From a virus, in the IMG/VR virus record IMGVR_UViG_3300027749_000040, positions 32,001-96,000 of that record: a stretch of DNA of 64,000 bases, one strand, 5' to 3'. Below the pieces are notes generated by a model. It had not been told where the DNA came from. It saw nothing but the letters and a program-made list of their open reading frames with translations, and searched no databases. A program made the translations under genes and the position numbers. Of this stretch, positions 15,001 through 20,848 are shown piece after piece (positions within the stretch are counted from its first letter, which is position 1; every line of letters begins with the position of its first letter).

Positions 15001-15593
15001 GTGCAACATCATTGAGTACAACTTGGTTAACACAATCGTTATCATATACCGATAGTACAATTTATGTTGAAGATGTGACAAAAATCACAACCAATGTAGT
15101 GCAAAATGAAACTGCACCGGCGGCAGTTGATGGAGTTTATATTATTGGATTGGATGTTGATAAAAGAATTATTAGTCAAGTTATTGTTGTAAATAATTCA
15201 ACATCTACCACATTACCTAGCTCTGCTTATAGTGTTCAGATAGTAGATATTGCGCCCGTACTTGAAATCACATCCGGCGTATCAGTGGGGCAAAGTTTGA
15301 CAATTACTATAATTTTAGGTAATCTAATTTATGTTGCAGGTGAGCAAATCAAGTTCACAACTGTAGATTTTGACACTAATACATTGACAGGATTACAACG
15401 TGGTACTAATGGTACGGGAGAAAGATACTATATTCCAGCATATGAAAAAGTATATGGAATACTATCTACTAATCAACTATCAGAAGTTGACTATAAGTTG
15501 ACATGGAATTCATATAATTATAATCCTATTATAGGTGATCCTCTACAGATTAGCGACACAGCGGCTGCAAATTTCTTAAATGCGGAGTTCTAA
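3..15593 (+). CDS. Giant virion structural protein (baseplate/tail-associated, >5,190 aa; 5' end lies upstream of the window)
   Basis: Frame is open from nt 3 with no stop before the listed TTG at 111. T/S/G/N/V-rich. Contains ~13-15 copies of a P-x-x-F-x-G-x-x-FGG-x6-YY(V/I) module, FG-GAP-like propeller repeats (FGSAV, LVVGAP, LLIGAP) and Asp-box-like repeats (AVGDNGTIVTSSDGVTW). Lies next to tail-fibre-type genes. Confidence 0.8.
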   Translation, partial: DITTANVGDIRGQYQSIFYNNPNTTGTVFGANNYRDLGNLVPWGNKIIQNSASLVLPGTFLRKPGVNLYDSLQYNSNQYISFKTLLIDTVNKTEYNVYQSSAVMLDDALDQITISKVDSAPFFWSDMLPSKSPYASNSYTFANSLDVSRYPLTRIYNFDTANYYGVLVYLTRTVQGYTSITQLVIGIDYTISATSPALTVETDLLPGDIITVNEYYQTYGSYVPNTPTKLGLYPSFIPEVILDENYTNPTYFIRGHDGSYTKLYGDYIDGHLVDFRDKVLLEFETRIYNNLKLSNIIPIRDYDVVPGFFRTTDYSYDEFLSIYSQFFLNWVGQNRVEYKQQIGYTPTNQFSYNYSQSGNKINNAQIQQGYWRGIYQYYYDTSQPDVAPWEMIGFTSQPAWWTTRYGPAPYTSDNLVLWGDLAAGLNWNNGDPVIVTQCIRPQLLQVLPVDSNGNLVSPFDAIVGNYDGRSFRNDWKVGDVASTEFSYRRSSSWPFDLMKILALTKPAEFYNLGVDVDNYKYNSEFNQFLVNDRSHLVIADVQIYGDGIAKTSYINWIVDYEKQVGIDSTQTTIDLLANLDVRLIYRVAGFTDKTLVNFYVEKGSPNSNNASLLIPSESLNVLLYDNIPFNKIIYSGVIIQNSGTGWKVYGNSQTKAYFTVSKPKINGNYNLVTVEGESVQVAKDYFENTEILIPYGTEFVSKQDLAQFIGSYSNYLTTQGVLFKEIESGIDVNWNQMIAEYLYWTQSGWGKGSLLNLNPAANLITIQKDSCVVQPLTLQRQNFILNQNLYPIQSVDLAVVRDDTLFTATPLNQGDTVAYGQFNISNFEHGVVFNNVTLFNDVIYNLITGLRQNRIITRGTKTADWNGTIDAQGFILNQDNIQEWNNITKYTKGVIVKYKNKYWVSLRVLEPSMTFDGRYWKETDYNEIQKGLLPNPSTRSYESVLYYNTNTPNLSKDADLLSWSLVGYRPRDYMALADLTDITQINVYKNLIKEKGTKIAAENFKGINLPQGGIDYDIYDNWAIKTGEFGGVLDNNFIDFKLNQNELTGNPSIVGLTTGTYTDGVQQEVPLYSVFNYGRPITNPNVLPTIPANTPNRLYPDAGYVNFNDITTYGYYYNDLNLAQTPLSKLYVGEYVWVADYNGTWQVYTPISNGNLIQVLNNLNGTVTLQFAEPHGLTKYQTIAIINFDDAVNGYRIVQAVVDNYRVTIALSLVSTIARLTNTNSIVMRFQSQRVSQPSDIVNLPLLNTEFVKNKVWVDTNTDGDWAVYRKSINYQLDLELLKTGSETFGSAVATTSDLGYLIGDADLGVAYRYTYNPVFERYDLAQTLTGSASFGSSIGYTGSTFAISQPTGTLLADRKIKIYTLISTLQVNELQFLQTIQAPTGITNWGTKTEFSGDGNWLFISAYEQNAFYVYRKSQVTGLYEYNTIITLGSLVTGDNFSYALATNYYGNTLVVGAPGVDTGVTNNTGTSYIFERVMQNFEVRFTSQPFVPQTFNLVAGPLTRTAIGSSINSSNAITLSSVAGLSDGVNGTPIVFTGNVFGGISLNQVYYVKLISGSTITLSLTRNGTTLVLANTPSGTMTMVAQTSPIYVSVNGTLIDDNNYAVIGSLLNVYQSLNAGDILTVSGSTFVLIQQFTATDTITIGEQYGYSADLDTYGNELLIGAPFQINSQNKEGTIYRYTDGGGSYGIITGTIDCQVTTPTTILLNGYAVAIPVGNASVVAAAIAGSNITNVTATSIDNKLVISLINIELATINDKLDIITLTGNAMYQLGISKYTFTQTITDPHTAGRTQFGTVIKFNDNGSFVASAPASARYEATTFDSTDDDNYNNDTLFDNNTTQFVDIARNAGAVYMFDYAENYNENLTNVGQFIYAQSVNALNIDYGAQPYYGTALDFNDNTVVVGTPGFRPGYNNGQVIIYTNSSGLADWSVYRQPEIAVDVNGIQNAQLYSASTNNTLINLDYFDPLQGKILGVVSENLDIISNADPASYNSPNTTISGSSVWGTKQLGKLWFNTSSTKFVNYHQYNDVVYNSKWWGRVFPGSQVTIYSWITSDVVPAEYTATGTPLNLTDYAIEYVLNSTGAITPVYFYWVRNTNIIFNQIGKTLSDTICEAYISAPQASGIAYFAPIQSNVMGLYNTSEYVNSTDTVMHIGFATGTNDDDSHSIYSLIRSNYVDDFLPGLPALTSLPPLSLYDRMLDSMSGVDESGAIVPDPYLPKPVQSGILVRPRQGFFYSRFGALKNYLTLANQELAQIPFTETQSSKFLYTVGPINPSTGLPFYETTDYWEYINWWQPGYNDNTKSAMLVESYFQLATINAQNGLIVTVNKNGAGFQETYRYDSTVSTWVRIGLQNGTIQFKSSLWDYETARLGFGDNFFDTTPFDTYPSQETRSITRFLNEELPSEIFAFRNQGLILLFNYIMSETIESQNYLPWLNKTSFIDVAHTIRELLPLEVFQSDNQDFLSGYINEIKPYHVVVKDFLFKYTGTNLWAGNITDFDLPAQYNTNLQKYITPELVYANPSGDSQYLPTDAIWQDPAYTNWFNNYGVSITGVNAYPITTLASYLTLNSNSMVVDNIYGFPINGTIKIYDPTDPETDLSKKTFEIIAYSSVDRAYSTLSGLTRGVNDTPVSNHLPGQQLYIDLPAILVLDGGRGYANPPKVTAYIDTSIYPAPRTEAILQPVMNLDQLLRIDVINPGDGYVVLPQIIIEPSSVITFASSEVDLLTNTIAIQNQLIQTGDLVRYYTGTDTTAIGGVKNDQYYYVNVLESVPAYVLALYTTYADALQDRDRVVFLSTGTGENNNLAVSARASCVTSSRPIRENIMTLRYDRTTYNSQVTEWTKNNFYGSFYAGSFKNTEQIASSALSLESSQPAIDTILASAQGAIFEIQNIRNDEVVKWSSRTRTVTNTTTSTNLITITPSIGGTPDEGFVGPTTGFYVGMPIKFAGAVFGGLADNTVYYIKEIVSLTQFSISTTVGGLVVPLSTAVTTAGLDAIIGEVTNTAVISIQYPGILTSTATSQTTNFVTIPLNPSGICGTTGFYTGIPIFFTGNVFGGVIENENYYVMTVIDDQTFTMSTTNNPTIVTVEATENAGDYVVLNEIGDLNINTPIIITGTTFGGIIAGQLYYIASIDYSTNKVTLSNTINGGTVALTSAIGTATLTSQANAVQLTTATGSMTCNIGLPISPGQITGQEFTFYNTSGEFTNGGSGYSGTNSNLITRSTVATVTGSNYMYLNLLGGGLTNMYVNMPFRLSTSVGGLSAATTYYVKSMGTVVVDVTSSNAGTEEYTCASTTGFYAGMPISFTGGVFGGVVELVTYYVRTVTGLTTFTISETPSGSTFNLTGDNGLMTLTADNPFITVSLTAGGTTISLTDNFSPASTLTQYPTSAPTFFVSYMLGGYSVVINTAGTGFAYNNNITLQGGQDDLPGVNGINDIVINVSGISATGAITSTIISGTPPGLTEQYYLKVISATELEVYANPLMTVPVNGDTLGLTYTGVTSTNVTAVTAANDRLTVTNSDDFELNDPVVFTGSVYSELTLGQTYYIKTKPSTTTVTISTTIGGGTFNFTGTIADLEFTMAKSGDYVYLPEPFYFTQSIVRYNNRLYQCIVSNNDADFILGKWELLDSGDRKLNELDRIVGYYNPTANMPGRDLTQLVTGITYPGSVYMDNAFPPAEEFLLDTELQDQPFYPATINNMSVVWDGIRYVTISTSPTYSALLTSTTGDNWALSKLSNNPVGLSDIYYDGNRYVITTTNSATPIYTSTDGLVYTTGQTLSVPSNTLNRVYNSNDVWIAVGENVIKSLDTISWVNSFALSSPGSFSDVTYTTAGYTGWLVIGNQTINGVDQTLIIRSTNDGTTWNIVNDGITTVITSAYVNAITSSNSLVVIVSDAGQIFTSTDGAQTNVEQTSGTSENLVDVTYGNGKFIAVGDNGTIVTSSDGVTWTIETSTTTNNLNSVAYNDTDSKFIIVGDNNTILTSSNGSTWTTSALFIQEEPVYTVQGDSFAEGYGPEELVPGVVTDNLTMITTTRPGTNWAVGEYGHTGFNVVSIEITPSYPQYEYSFLNVVQNPVFIVIYDINPVIGTSTRIYETYDYTVDWVLKTITLNTTLAPNHTLGIELCEVGNGDQLQRSNSQAVPFIDNPDTGFVEMPLNCNYSASKFNGNGVIRPGTEPVQVECTKTEALIDSITCSSVSNFALNQSVQFQGNVFGGIELDQTYYIKTISYITNKITVSLPPLVNGIAGPTYQLSNDTGSMQIISQPGTGLVWTDPLVVHNGTKLILGETSVVTQTKSSTNSIVVNTSLTVDINDPIVFSDYIFGGLAPHTTYYISSIVDLNEFTVSTSLGGSIVPLTDASGLASFVTNDFAISIASVGPTAKLVFANNYTNTEDFVTFAVFGETDPIQYSYSIPITQIYMSTGGETQLLLTNYIGGTNPENAVVEVNGLRLTNTSEYTIDLVTQTLYLTFSLIAGDILAVTTYNSTNRQYLHTTLGGTYSGSASITLNIGSTTHFPGYDGSPYGGGLQTAAGSFSIGQGYTITTINDGVGGPNTNFTSIGALNNNIGTFFIASGIGAGSGSALESTGEEFSPGPDYLTLSSGSTVGLELNTAIIFASPIGGIVAGTIYYIAEILTPGTTNFTVSLTPGGPSIPLITDTGSMLGFINPPRVSNITAINNNISAPLARTNVTQTTAPNTITASSTAGFVIGQPILFKGLTTTGFGGLSADGTVYWINYIDANGIDFKVSETQSGSAYIVTNASGSMYAYVGGNEAVTLTTGVAHNLVENDIVRIDGVVGSVQLNNNSYYAKIITDTQIALYLSPYQPQSYATNDPVTTVSSYVSGGYVWLDKQFTLIDTTATASSAIDNTITVNSVSQIVIDTPVYFSGTVFGGIVEGTKYYVKSIDVLNSKITLSSTYQGSEIAITAYAGTDTMGVTMWEQTNVDRIWVTVNGYRVPSSSLVINPNNNLGILTTIVPGDVVIITNMIPTSTPDELIYINNVNKYNIPTVYRATSLSTTWLTQSLSYTDSTIYVEDVTKITTNVVQNETAPAAVDGVYIIGLDVDKRIISQVIVVNNSTSTTLPSSAYSVQIVDIAPVLEITSGVSVGQSLTITIILGNLIYVAGEQIKFTTVDFDTNTLTGLQRGTNGTGERYYIPAYEKVYGILSTNQLSEVDYKLTWNSYNYNPIIGDPLQISDTAAANFLNAEF

Positions 15594-15600
15594 GTAATGA

Positions 15601-15606
15601 TAAATA
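15601..15606 (+). promoter_or_regulatory. Putative late promoter (TAAATA motif)
   Basis: gaTAAATAatac in an intergenic gap, 5 nt before the ATG at 15612. The same motif recurs in several other gaps. Confidence 0.5.
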
Positions 15607-15611
15607 ATACT

Positions 15612-15764
15612 ATGAATAATCAGGAAAATAATAAAAAACCACAATTAACAGAAGAATATGGCTCAACGCCGGACGAGTCTGGTGGTTTCTATTTTTCATC
15701 TTTTTTGAAAATAACTGATCCAAATACCAAAGAAATTTTAGTCGAAACACGGGGCGATAACTAA
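15612..15764 (+). CDS. Small 50-aa protein (not in the ORF track), similar to the N-terminus of the next gene
   Basis: MNNQENNKKPQLTEEYGSTPDESGGFYFSSFLKITDPNTKEILVETRGDN*. TAATG overlap with the next start. FLKITDPNTKEILV resembles FLKVYDPNNGEVFV of 15764..16384. Confidence 0.75.
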   Translation: MNNQENNKKPQLTEEYGSTPDESGGFYFSSFLKITDPNTKEILVETRGDN

Positions 15765-16384
15765 TGTCAGGAATACAATTAACATACAAAATTGAAGGCT
15801 TTTTGAAAGTCTACGATCCCAATAACGGGGAAGTTTTTGTAGACAAGCATAATGCAATCAATTATGAGAACATGTCAGAGGCAATTGCTGACACATTAAG
15901 CAGCCGAGGGTACGGAGAAATCTATCAAATGGCTTTTGGTAACGGGGGCGCAAGCGTAGATGAAACCGGGGTTATTACATATCTACCTCCAAACACAACT
16001 GGTCAAAATGCGGCATTATATAATCAAACTTACGCTAAAATTGTTGACGATACAAGTGTTTTTAATTTAGACCCTACACGGAACAAAATGACAGTTTCAC
16101 ACACTACAGGTCGTGTTTATACTGACATTTTGGTCCAATGTCTATTAGACTACGGAGAGCCCTCAGGCCAAAATGCGTTTGATAACAGCACACAAACTGA
16201 TTCTAGCTACATTTTTGATGAGCTAGGATTATTAGCAAATTACGGAACAGACGAAATGGGTAATGTCATTACTAGACTATTGACACATGTAATTTTCCAT
16301 CCTGTCCAAAAATCTTTAAATAGACAAATACAAATTGATTATACTGTCAGAATTCAAGCTCTGACGAACTTAGTTACAATTTAA
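15764..16384 (+). CDS. Putative virion structural protein (baseplate/tail-associated)
   Basis: 206 aa with MAFGNGG, FDELGL and HVIFHPVQKSLNRQIQIDYTVRI motifs. Lies between structural genes. Confidence 0.6.
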   Translation: MSGIQLTYKIEGFLKVYDPNNGEVFVDKHNAINYENMSEAIADTLSSRGYGEIYQMAFGNGGASVDETGVITYLPPNTTGQNAALYNQTYAKIVDDTSVFNLDPTRNKMTVSHTTGRVYTDILVQCLLDYGEPSGQNAFDNSTQTDSSYIFDELGLLANYGTDEMGNVITRLLTHVIFHPVQKSLNRQIQIDYTVRIQALTNLVTI

Positions 16385-16386
16385 GA

Positions 16387-16392
16387 TAAATA
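16387..16392 (+). promoter_or_regulatory. Putative late promoter (TAAATA motif)
   Basis: gaTAAATAaac in the gap before SD GGAG (16403-16406) and ATG 16416. Confidence 0.45.
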
Positions 16393-16415
16393 AACAAGAC
16401 CCGGAGTGATTTGAA

Positions 16416-17639
16416 ATGGCATATACAATTGTTAAAAGTGATGGTACAGTACTAACAACCATCGCTGATGGAACTATTAATACTACTAGTACAAGTTTGG
16501 GCTTGCCTGGTAGAAACTTTGCAGGATATGGACAAACTGTAGACACAAACTTTGTGCACCAGCTTGAAAATTATGCGGCAAACACACCACCTGCTAACCC
16601 ATTACGTGGTCAATTATGGTATGATCTTAATTCTAGTTTATTAAAAGTATGCCCAACAGACGGATTATCAAACGCAAATGCTTGGGTTTCATTAGCAGTT
16701 AGTTCAGGAACATCTACAACAACATTTGGTTCAGTTTCAGTCACTGGTAATTTACAAGCAAACAACATTACTGCTGTAAATGCTATCGTTGGGGACACAA
16801 TTACAGTTCGTTTAGCTACAGTATCAGCAAATGCTACAATTGCTAATGCATCAATCACAACTGGTAATATTGGCACATTAAATACACAAATTATTACGAC
16901 AGGTGGTAATGGTACAGGTGGTACAATAACCGGTACCTGGACTGCAAATGGTTCTGCAAACTCGTTTGTTATTGGTTCAGGTAACATTTATGTTTCTAAC
17001 ATAGGTAATGTTTGGGGTGTTAAAACAGACAAATATATGTATGCTAATGGAGATCCTATCAGTTTTGCAGGTACATATAATAATAGCAATGTTTCTGATT
17101 ATCTAGTAGGAGCAAATTCAGTAGTTCAATTTACTGGAAATATTGCCCCAGGAAGAGTAACAACTCAAGTGATCACTGCCGGTGCAAACACCACAACAGC
17201 TAATATTACAGGTAACTGGTCTCTAACTGCAGGATCAAGACTCAATGCAACATATGCTGACTTGGCAGAACGTTTTGCGGCTGATGAGGTATATGATGCA
17301 GGAACAGTTGTTGAATTAGGCGGTGAGCAAGAAATTACTGCTGTTCAATATGAATTAAGTGAAGATGTGTTTGGGGTAGTGTCTGACACAGCGGCATATC
17401 TAATGAACTCAGACGCCGGCCCAGATGCTACGCATCCTCCAATTGCGGTTGGTGGTCGAGTACAGGTTAAAGTTATAGGTAAAGTACGTAAAGGTCAGCG
17501 TCTTGTTTCTGCAGGAAATGGCATAGCACGTGCGGCAAAAGATGATGAAGCAACAGCCTTCAACACAATTGGAAGAGCATTGGCTCACAAAACTGACGAC
17601 GGTGTCGGTACAGTAGAAGCATTCGTATCAATAAAATAA
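16416..17639 (+). CDS. Tail fibre/spike-like protein with C-terminal intramolecular-chaperone (peptidase G2-like) autocleavage domain
   Basis: N-terminal MAYTI...GQLWYD anchor segment and a T/G/N/A-rich beta-repeat shaft. C-terminal ATYADLAERF...GVVS...AYLMN...GRVQVKV segment is typical of the chaperone domain. Confidence 0.7.
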   Translation: MAYTIVKSDGTVLTTIADGTINTTSTSLGLPGRNFAGYGQTVDTNFVHQLENYAANTPPANPLRGQLWYDLNSSLLKVCPTDGLSNANAWVSLAVSSGTSTTTFGSVSVTGNLQANNITAVNAIVGDTITVRLATVSANATIANASITTGNIGTLNTQIITTGGNGTGGTITGTWTANGSANSFVIGSGNIYVSNIGNVWGVKTDKYMYANGDPISFAGTYNNSNVSDYLVGANSVVQFTGNIAPGRVTTQVITAGANTTTANITGNWSLTAGSRLNATYADLAERFAADEVYDAGTVVELGGEQEITAVQYELSEDVFGVVSDTAAYLMNSDAGPDATHPPIAVGGRVQVKVIGKVRKGQRLVSAGNGIARAAKDDEATAFNTIGRALAHKTDDGVGTVEAFVSIK

Positions 17640-17649
17640 GGATAAAAAA

Positions 17650-18603
17650 ATGAGTTACGCACAATATGGATCAATAGCGGCATCAGACTTTAATGGTTTA
17701 GTTGGCGCCAACCCCGGAAGCACAATAAATGTGTTAAACACAACATGGGCCATTGGAGCTGCCGCAGCCGGTTATGGTCAAACGGCTGAAGCCAACGTTG
17801 CATCAGGTGATTTAATTACTGCTTCAAAGTGGGCAAACTTAGTTAATAAAACAGCAAATGCCGCAACACATCAGGGTTCGTCAATCACTGCTGTTACAGC
17901 ACCGGTTGCCGGCGGCACAATTACTTATTTGTCTGCGATACCCACAAACTTAACAACAATCTATACAAATAGAAAAAATGCAGCCACACAGGGATCCACA
18001 ACATCAAATGCAGTAGCAGCCGCATCAACTTGGTCTAGTATTGCAACGTTTACTCACACAGCAACATTTGCTAATGGTGACGCCGCACGTTACTTTTTTA
18101 ATTCAGGCGGTCAATTGGCAATTACAGTAGCTAATGCTAATAATGCAGCCGGCATCAACTTATTATTAAACAACTTATGTTCTAATGTTGGTACTGTAGT
18201 ATTGTCATCACCTACGTCAGGTACAGCAACTATTGCGGGTACATCATACAGCGGTGTAACTAAAATAGGTGGTGGCGGCAACTCACCAACAATTGCAACT
18301 AATACTGGCTACTATGCATTGACAACTGCCAATGCAAACGCTTTTTATCAAACCGCATCAACTGGTCCTTCTGGATATCTGTCAACCAACATTAATATCT
18401 TTATCAAGTCAAACGGTACAGTAGGTAGTAATGGTGATGTGGGTAATGTGATTACCATATATACAGTTTGGGATGAAATTCCAAATGGTTTAACAGTTGG
18501 TACAGGATCAACAACTACACTAACTGTACGTCCACCAGAAGTTACTAATCTTGCTAATACTTGGGGCACGATCACATTGGCTGGCTCAGTAGTAGTATCT
18601 TAA
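17650..18603 (+). CDS. Putative virion structural protein (A/T/S/G/N-rich)
   Basis: 317 aa, nearly uncharged, ARYFFNSGG motif. SD AAGGA upstream. Follows the fibre gene. Confidence 0.6.
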   Translation: MSYAQYGSIAASDFNGLVGANPGSTINVLNTTWAIGAAAAGYGQTAEANVASGDLITASKWANLVNKTANAATHQGSSITAVTAPVAGGTITYLSAIPTNLTTIYTNRKNAATQGSTTSNAVAAASTWSSIATFTHTATFANGDAARYFFNSGGQLAITVANANNAAGINLLLNNLCSNVGTVVLSSPTSGTATIAGTSYSGVTKIGGGGNSPTIATNTGYYALTTANANAFYQTASTGPSGYLSTNINIFIKSNGTVGSNGDVGNVITIYTVWDEIPNGLTVGTGSTTTLTVRPPEVTNLANTWGTITLAGSVVVS

Positions 18604-18627
18604 TTTTTCAATACATTGGTATCTATC

Positions 18628-18633
18628 TAAATA
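18628..18633 (+). promoter_or_regulatory. Putative late promoter heading the modification cluster
   Basis: atcTAAATActc followed by SD AGGAG (18639-18643) and ATG 18650. Confidence 0.5.
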
Positions 18634-18649
18634 CTCTTAGGAGTTACAG

Positions 18650-18958
18650 ATGGATACCAAAACCTTAATCAGCGAGGCGAGAGCCAGATTTAATCATAAC
18701 GCTGCCAAAGCTCAATTAAAAGACAAATATGATGGCAAATTTATTGTTGCCGAACAAGGGGGACTTTGGAAAGCAACCCCTGAATTCATTGCATTTTTAA
18801 GTGCATTATCAGATGATAACTTTGTTATATTAATTGATACCTTTGACAACCCAGTAGAAGTTAAGCGTGAACAACTACTAACAATACTAAAAGCTACTTA
18901 TAGTAAAGTCATGCTTGATTGGCACAAAGAATGGAAAGAACTAGAGTCAAAACGATGA
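18650..18958 (+). CDS. Hypothetical protein, first gene of the modification cluster
   Basis: 102-aa ORF with a strong SD. ATGA-coupled to the next gene. Confidence 0.75.
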   Translation: MDTKTLISEARARFNHNAAKAQLKDKYDGKFIVAEQGGLWKATPEFIAFLSALSDDNFVILIDTFDNPVEVKREQLLTILKATYSKVMLDWHKEWKELESKR

Positions 18959-19758
18959 GTAGAGGAGCAATATTATTTGCATTCAACTCGCCTAAGTTTG
19001 ATTACTACAAAATGGCAGTTGCTACTGCAAAAAGAATTAATCATTTTTTGGATATGCCTGTCACAGTTGTGACAGATGAATCTTCTGTGTCCAATGACCC
19101 TTATAAATTTGACAACACTATATTAGTTGAACCTGATAAAAGCAACTCTAGAGATTGGGGCATGTGGATCAACAAGGGTCGATATCAAGCATATGAACTA
19201 AGCCCATATGATGAAACATTATTACTTGATACTGACTATATGGTCAATTCAAATAAGATATTAGACATATTCAATTATTATGATGACTTTTGCTGTCATA
19301 ATAAAACAAGTTATTTGATGCAACCTGGATTAGTACAAGAAGTTCTTAGCGTTTATAGTTTTGAAACACTATGGGCAACAGTAGTTGCATTTAAAAAATC
19401 AAATCGTACTAAGCAAATATTTGAATGTTTAGAAATGGTTCAGAAAAACTTTGAACATTACAGTAACTTGCATGGATTTGTTGCGGGAACATTTAGAAAT
19501 GATTACGCATTAACCTTAGCACTTAGAATTGCTAATGGTCATTCATTTGCTAAACAAGACTTTATCCCATGGAACTTAGTTCATTTGGGCCAAAAGAATG
19601 TACATATCTATAAAAATAATGATGATGAATTTAACACAGAATATACTGTACTACATGATAATTGGCAACGTGGTAAAATCAAAAAAGAATATACAACAAT
19701 CAAAGACATGGATTTTCATGTGATGAACAAACTTAACTTTATGGAATTAATAGCATGA
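18955..19758 (+). CDS. GT-A fold glycosyltransferase-like protein
   Basis: Probable start at ATG 18955 (ATGA overlap). YELSPYDETLLLDTD carries a DxD motif; also FRNDYA and a C-terminal FHVMNK. Confidence 0.7.
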   Translation: MSRGAILFAFNSPKFDYYKMAVATAKRINHFLDMPVTVVTDESSVSNDPYKFDNTILVEPDKSNSRDWGMWINKGRYQAYELSPYDETLLLDTDYMVNSNKILDIFNYYDDFCCHNKTSYLMQPGLVQEVLSVYSFETLWATVVAFKKSNRTKQIFECLEMVQKNFEHYSNLHGFVAGTFRNDYALTLALRIANGHSFAKQDFIPWNLVHLGQKNVHIYKNNDDEFNTEYTVLHDNWQRGKIKKEYTTIKDMDFHVMNKLNFMELIA

Positions 19759-20531
19759 CTAGAGGTTTTGTAATTATGGCACAGAACACGGAAAAAACTG
19801 ACTATGTAAAGTGTGCTAAAGCATTAGAGTTGAGTATCAAGCGGGTAATGCCAGATGCTAATGTAACTATTATCACAACTGATATTTTGCCACACGGAGA
19901 TCAAGCACCTGATAGTGATTGGAAACTTATTAATGACTGGCAAGTATATGAAGCTAGTCCATATGATGAGACAATCAAGTTAGAAGCTGATATGTTTTTA
20001 CCACGTAGTATTGAGCATTGGTTTGATATTATGTCAATCAATGATGTAACATTGTGTACAAAGATACGAAATTATAAGGGTGAGATTTCTACAGTAAGAG
20101 TTTATAGGAAGTTTATTGATGACAACAATCTACCTGATGTATACAATGCTATTACTTATTTTAAAAAGTCTGAAATGGCAAAACAATTTTTTGATATAGT
20201 AAGAGATGTGTTTGAAAATTGGGAAATATATAAAACAATACTGAAATGTAACCCAACAGAAAAAGCAACAACTGATTGGGTATATGCAATAGCAAGTCAT
20301 ATAATAGGTGTAGAAAAAACAACATTACCTAGTTTTAATGAATTGTCTATGACACATATGAAACAATTTATTTCCGGAACTCCCACTGAAAATTGGACGG
20401 ATACATTGGTGTATGAATTATTGCCAGATGTTTTACGAGTACACACTTATTCACAAGAGTATCCGTTTCACTATCATTCAAAGTCATTTAGTGATAAAAT
20501 AATAGAAAGCTACAAATGGAACACGTATTAA
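19755..20531 (+). CDS. GT-A fold glycosyltransferase-like protein (paralog of the preceding gene)
   Basis: YEASPYDETIKLEAD (ExD variant), TTDWVYA and PFHYH. Aligns by eye with 18955..19758. Confidence 0.65.
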   Translation: MTRGFVIMAQNTEKTDYVKCAKALELSIKRVMPDANVTIITTDILPHGDQAPDSDWKLINDWQVYEASPYDETIKLEADMFLPRSIEHWFDIMSINDVTLCTKIRNYKGEISTVRVYRKFIDDNNLPDVYNAITYFKKSEMAKQFFDIVRDVFENWEIYKTILKCNPTEKATTDWVYAIASHIIGVEKTTLPSFNELSMTHMKQFISGTPTENWTDTLVYELLPDVLRVHTYSQEYPFHYHSKSFSDKIIESYKWNTY

Positions 20532-20848
20532 TTTGGGAACCGGTACCATTAGTAAAGCCTGAATTCAGGCTTTACTATGATGACAAAGGTAAAGTTCTTT
20601 TCTATTCATGTGAAAAACTTGAGGGTAATTACATTGTTATAGATGCTACTACATATTCAATTGGTCGACCGGACTTACGAGTTATTGACGGTAAAATTTC
20701 TACAGCAGTACCTAGTTTGGTTGTTTCAAAATTAATGCCAAATAGTGAAGGTATTGCTTGTACTGAAGAAGATATTAGTATTGTAGTAGATAAAAAATAC
20801 AAAGGTAAAACTATTAATTGGAATTTAATAACGTATGAACTCGAATGA
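20516..20848 (+). CDS. Hypothetical protein
   Basis: 110-aa ORF overlapping both neighbours in the operon. Confidence 0.65.
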   Translation: MEHVLIWEPVPLVKPEFRLYYDDKGKVLFYSCEKLEGNYIVIDATTYSIGRPDLRVIDGKISTAVPSLVVSKLMPNSEGIACTEEDISIVVDKKYKGKTINWNLITYELE

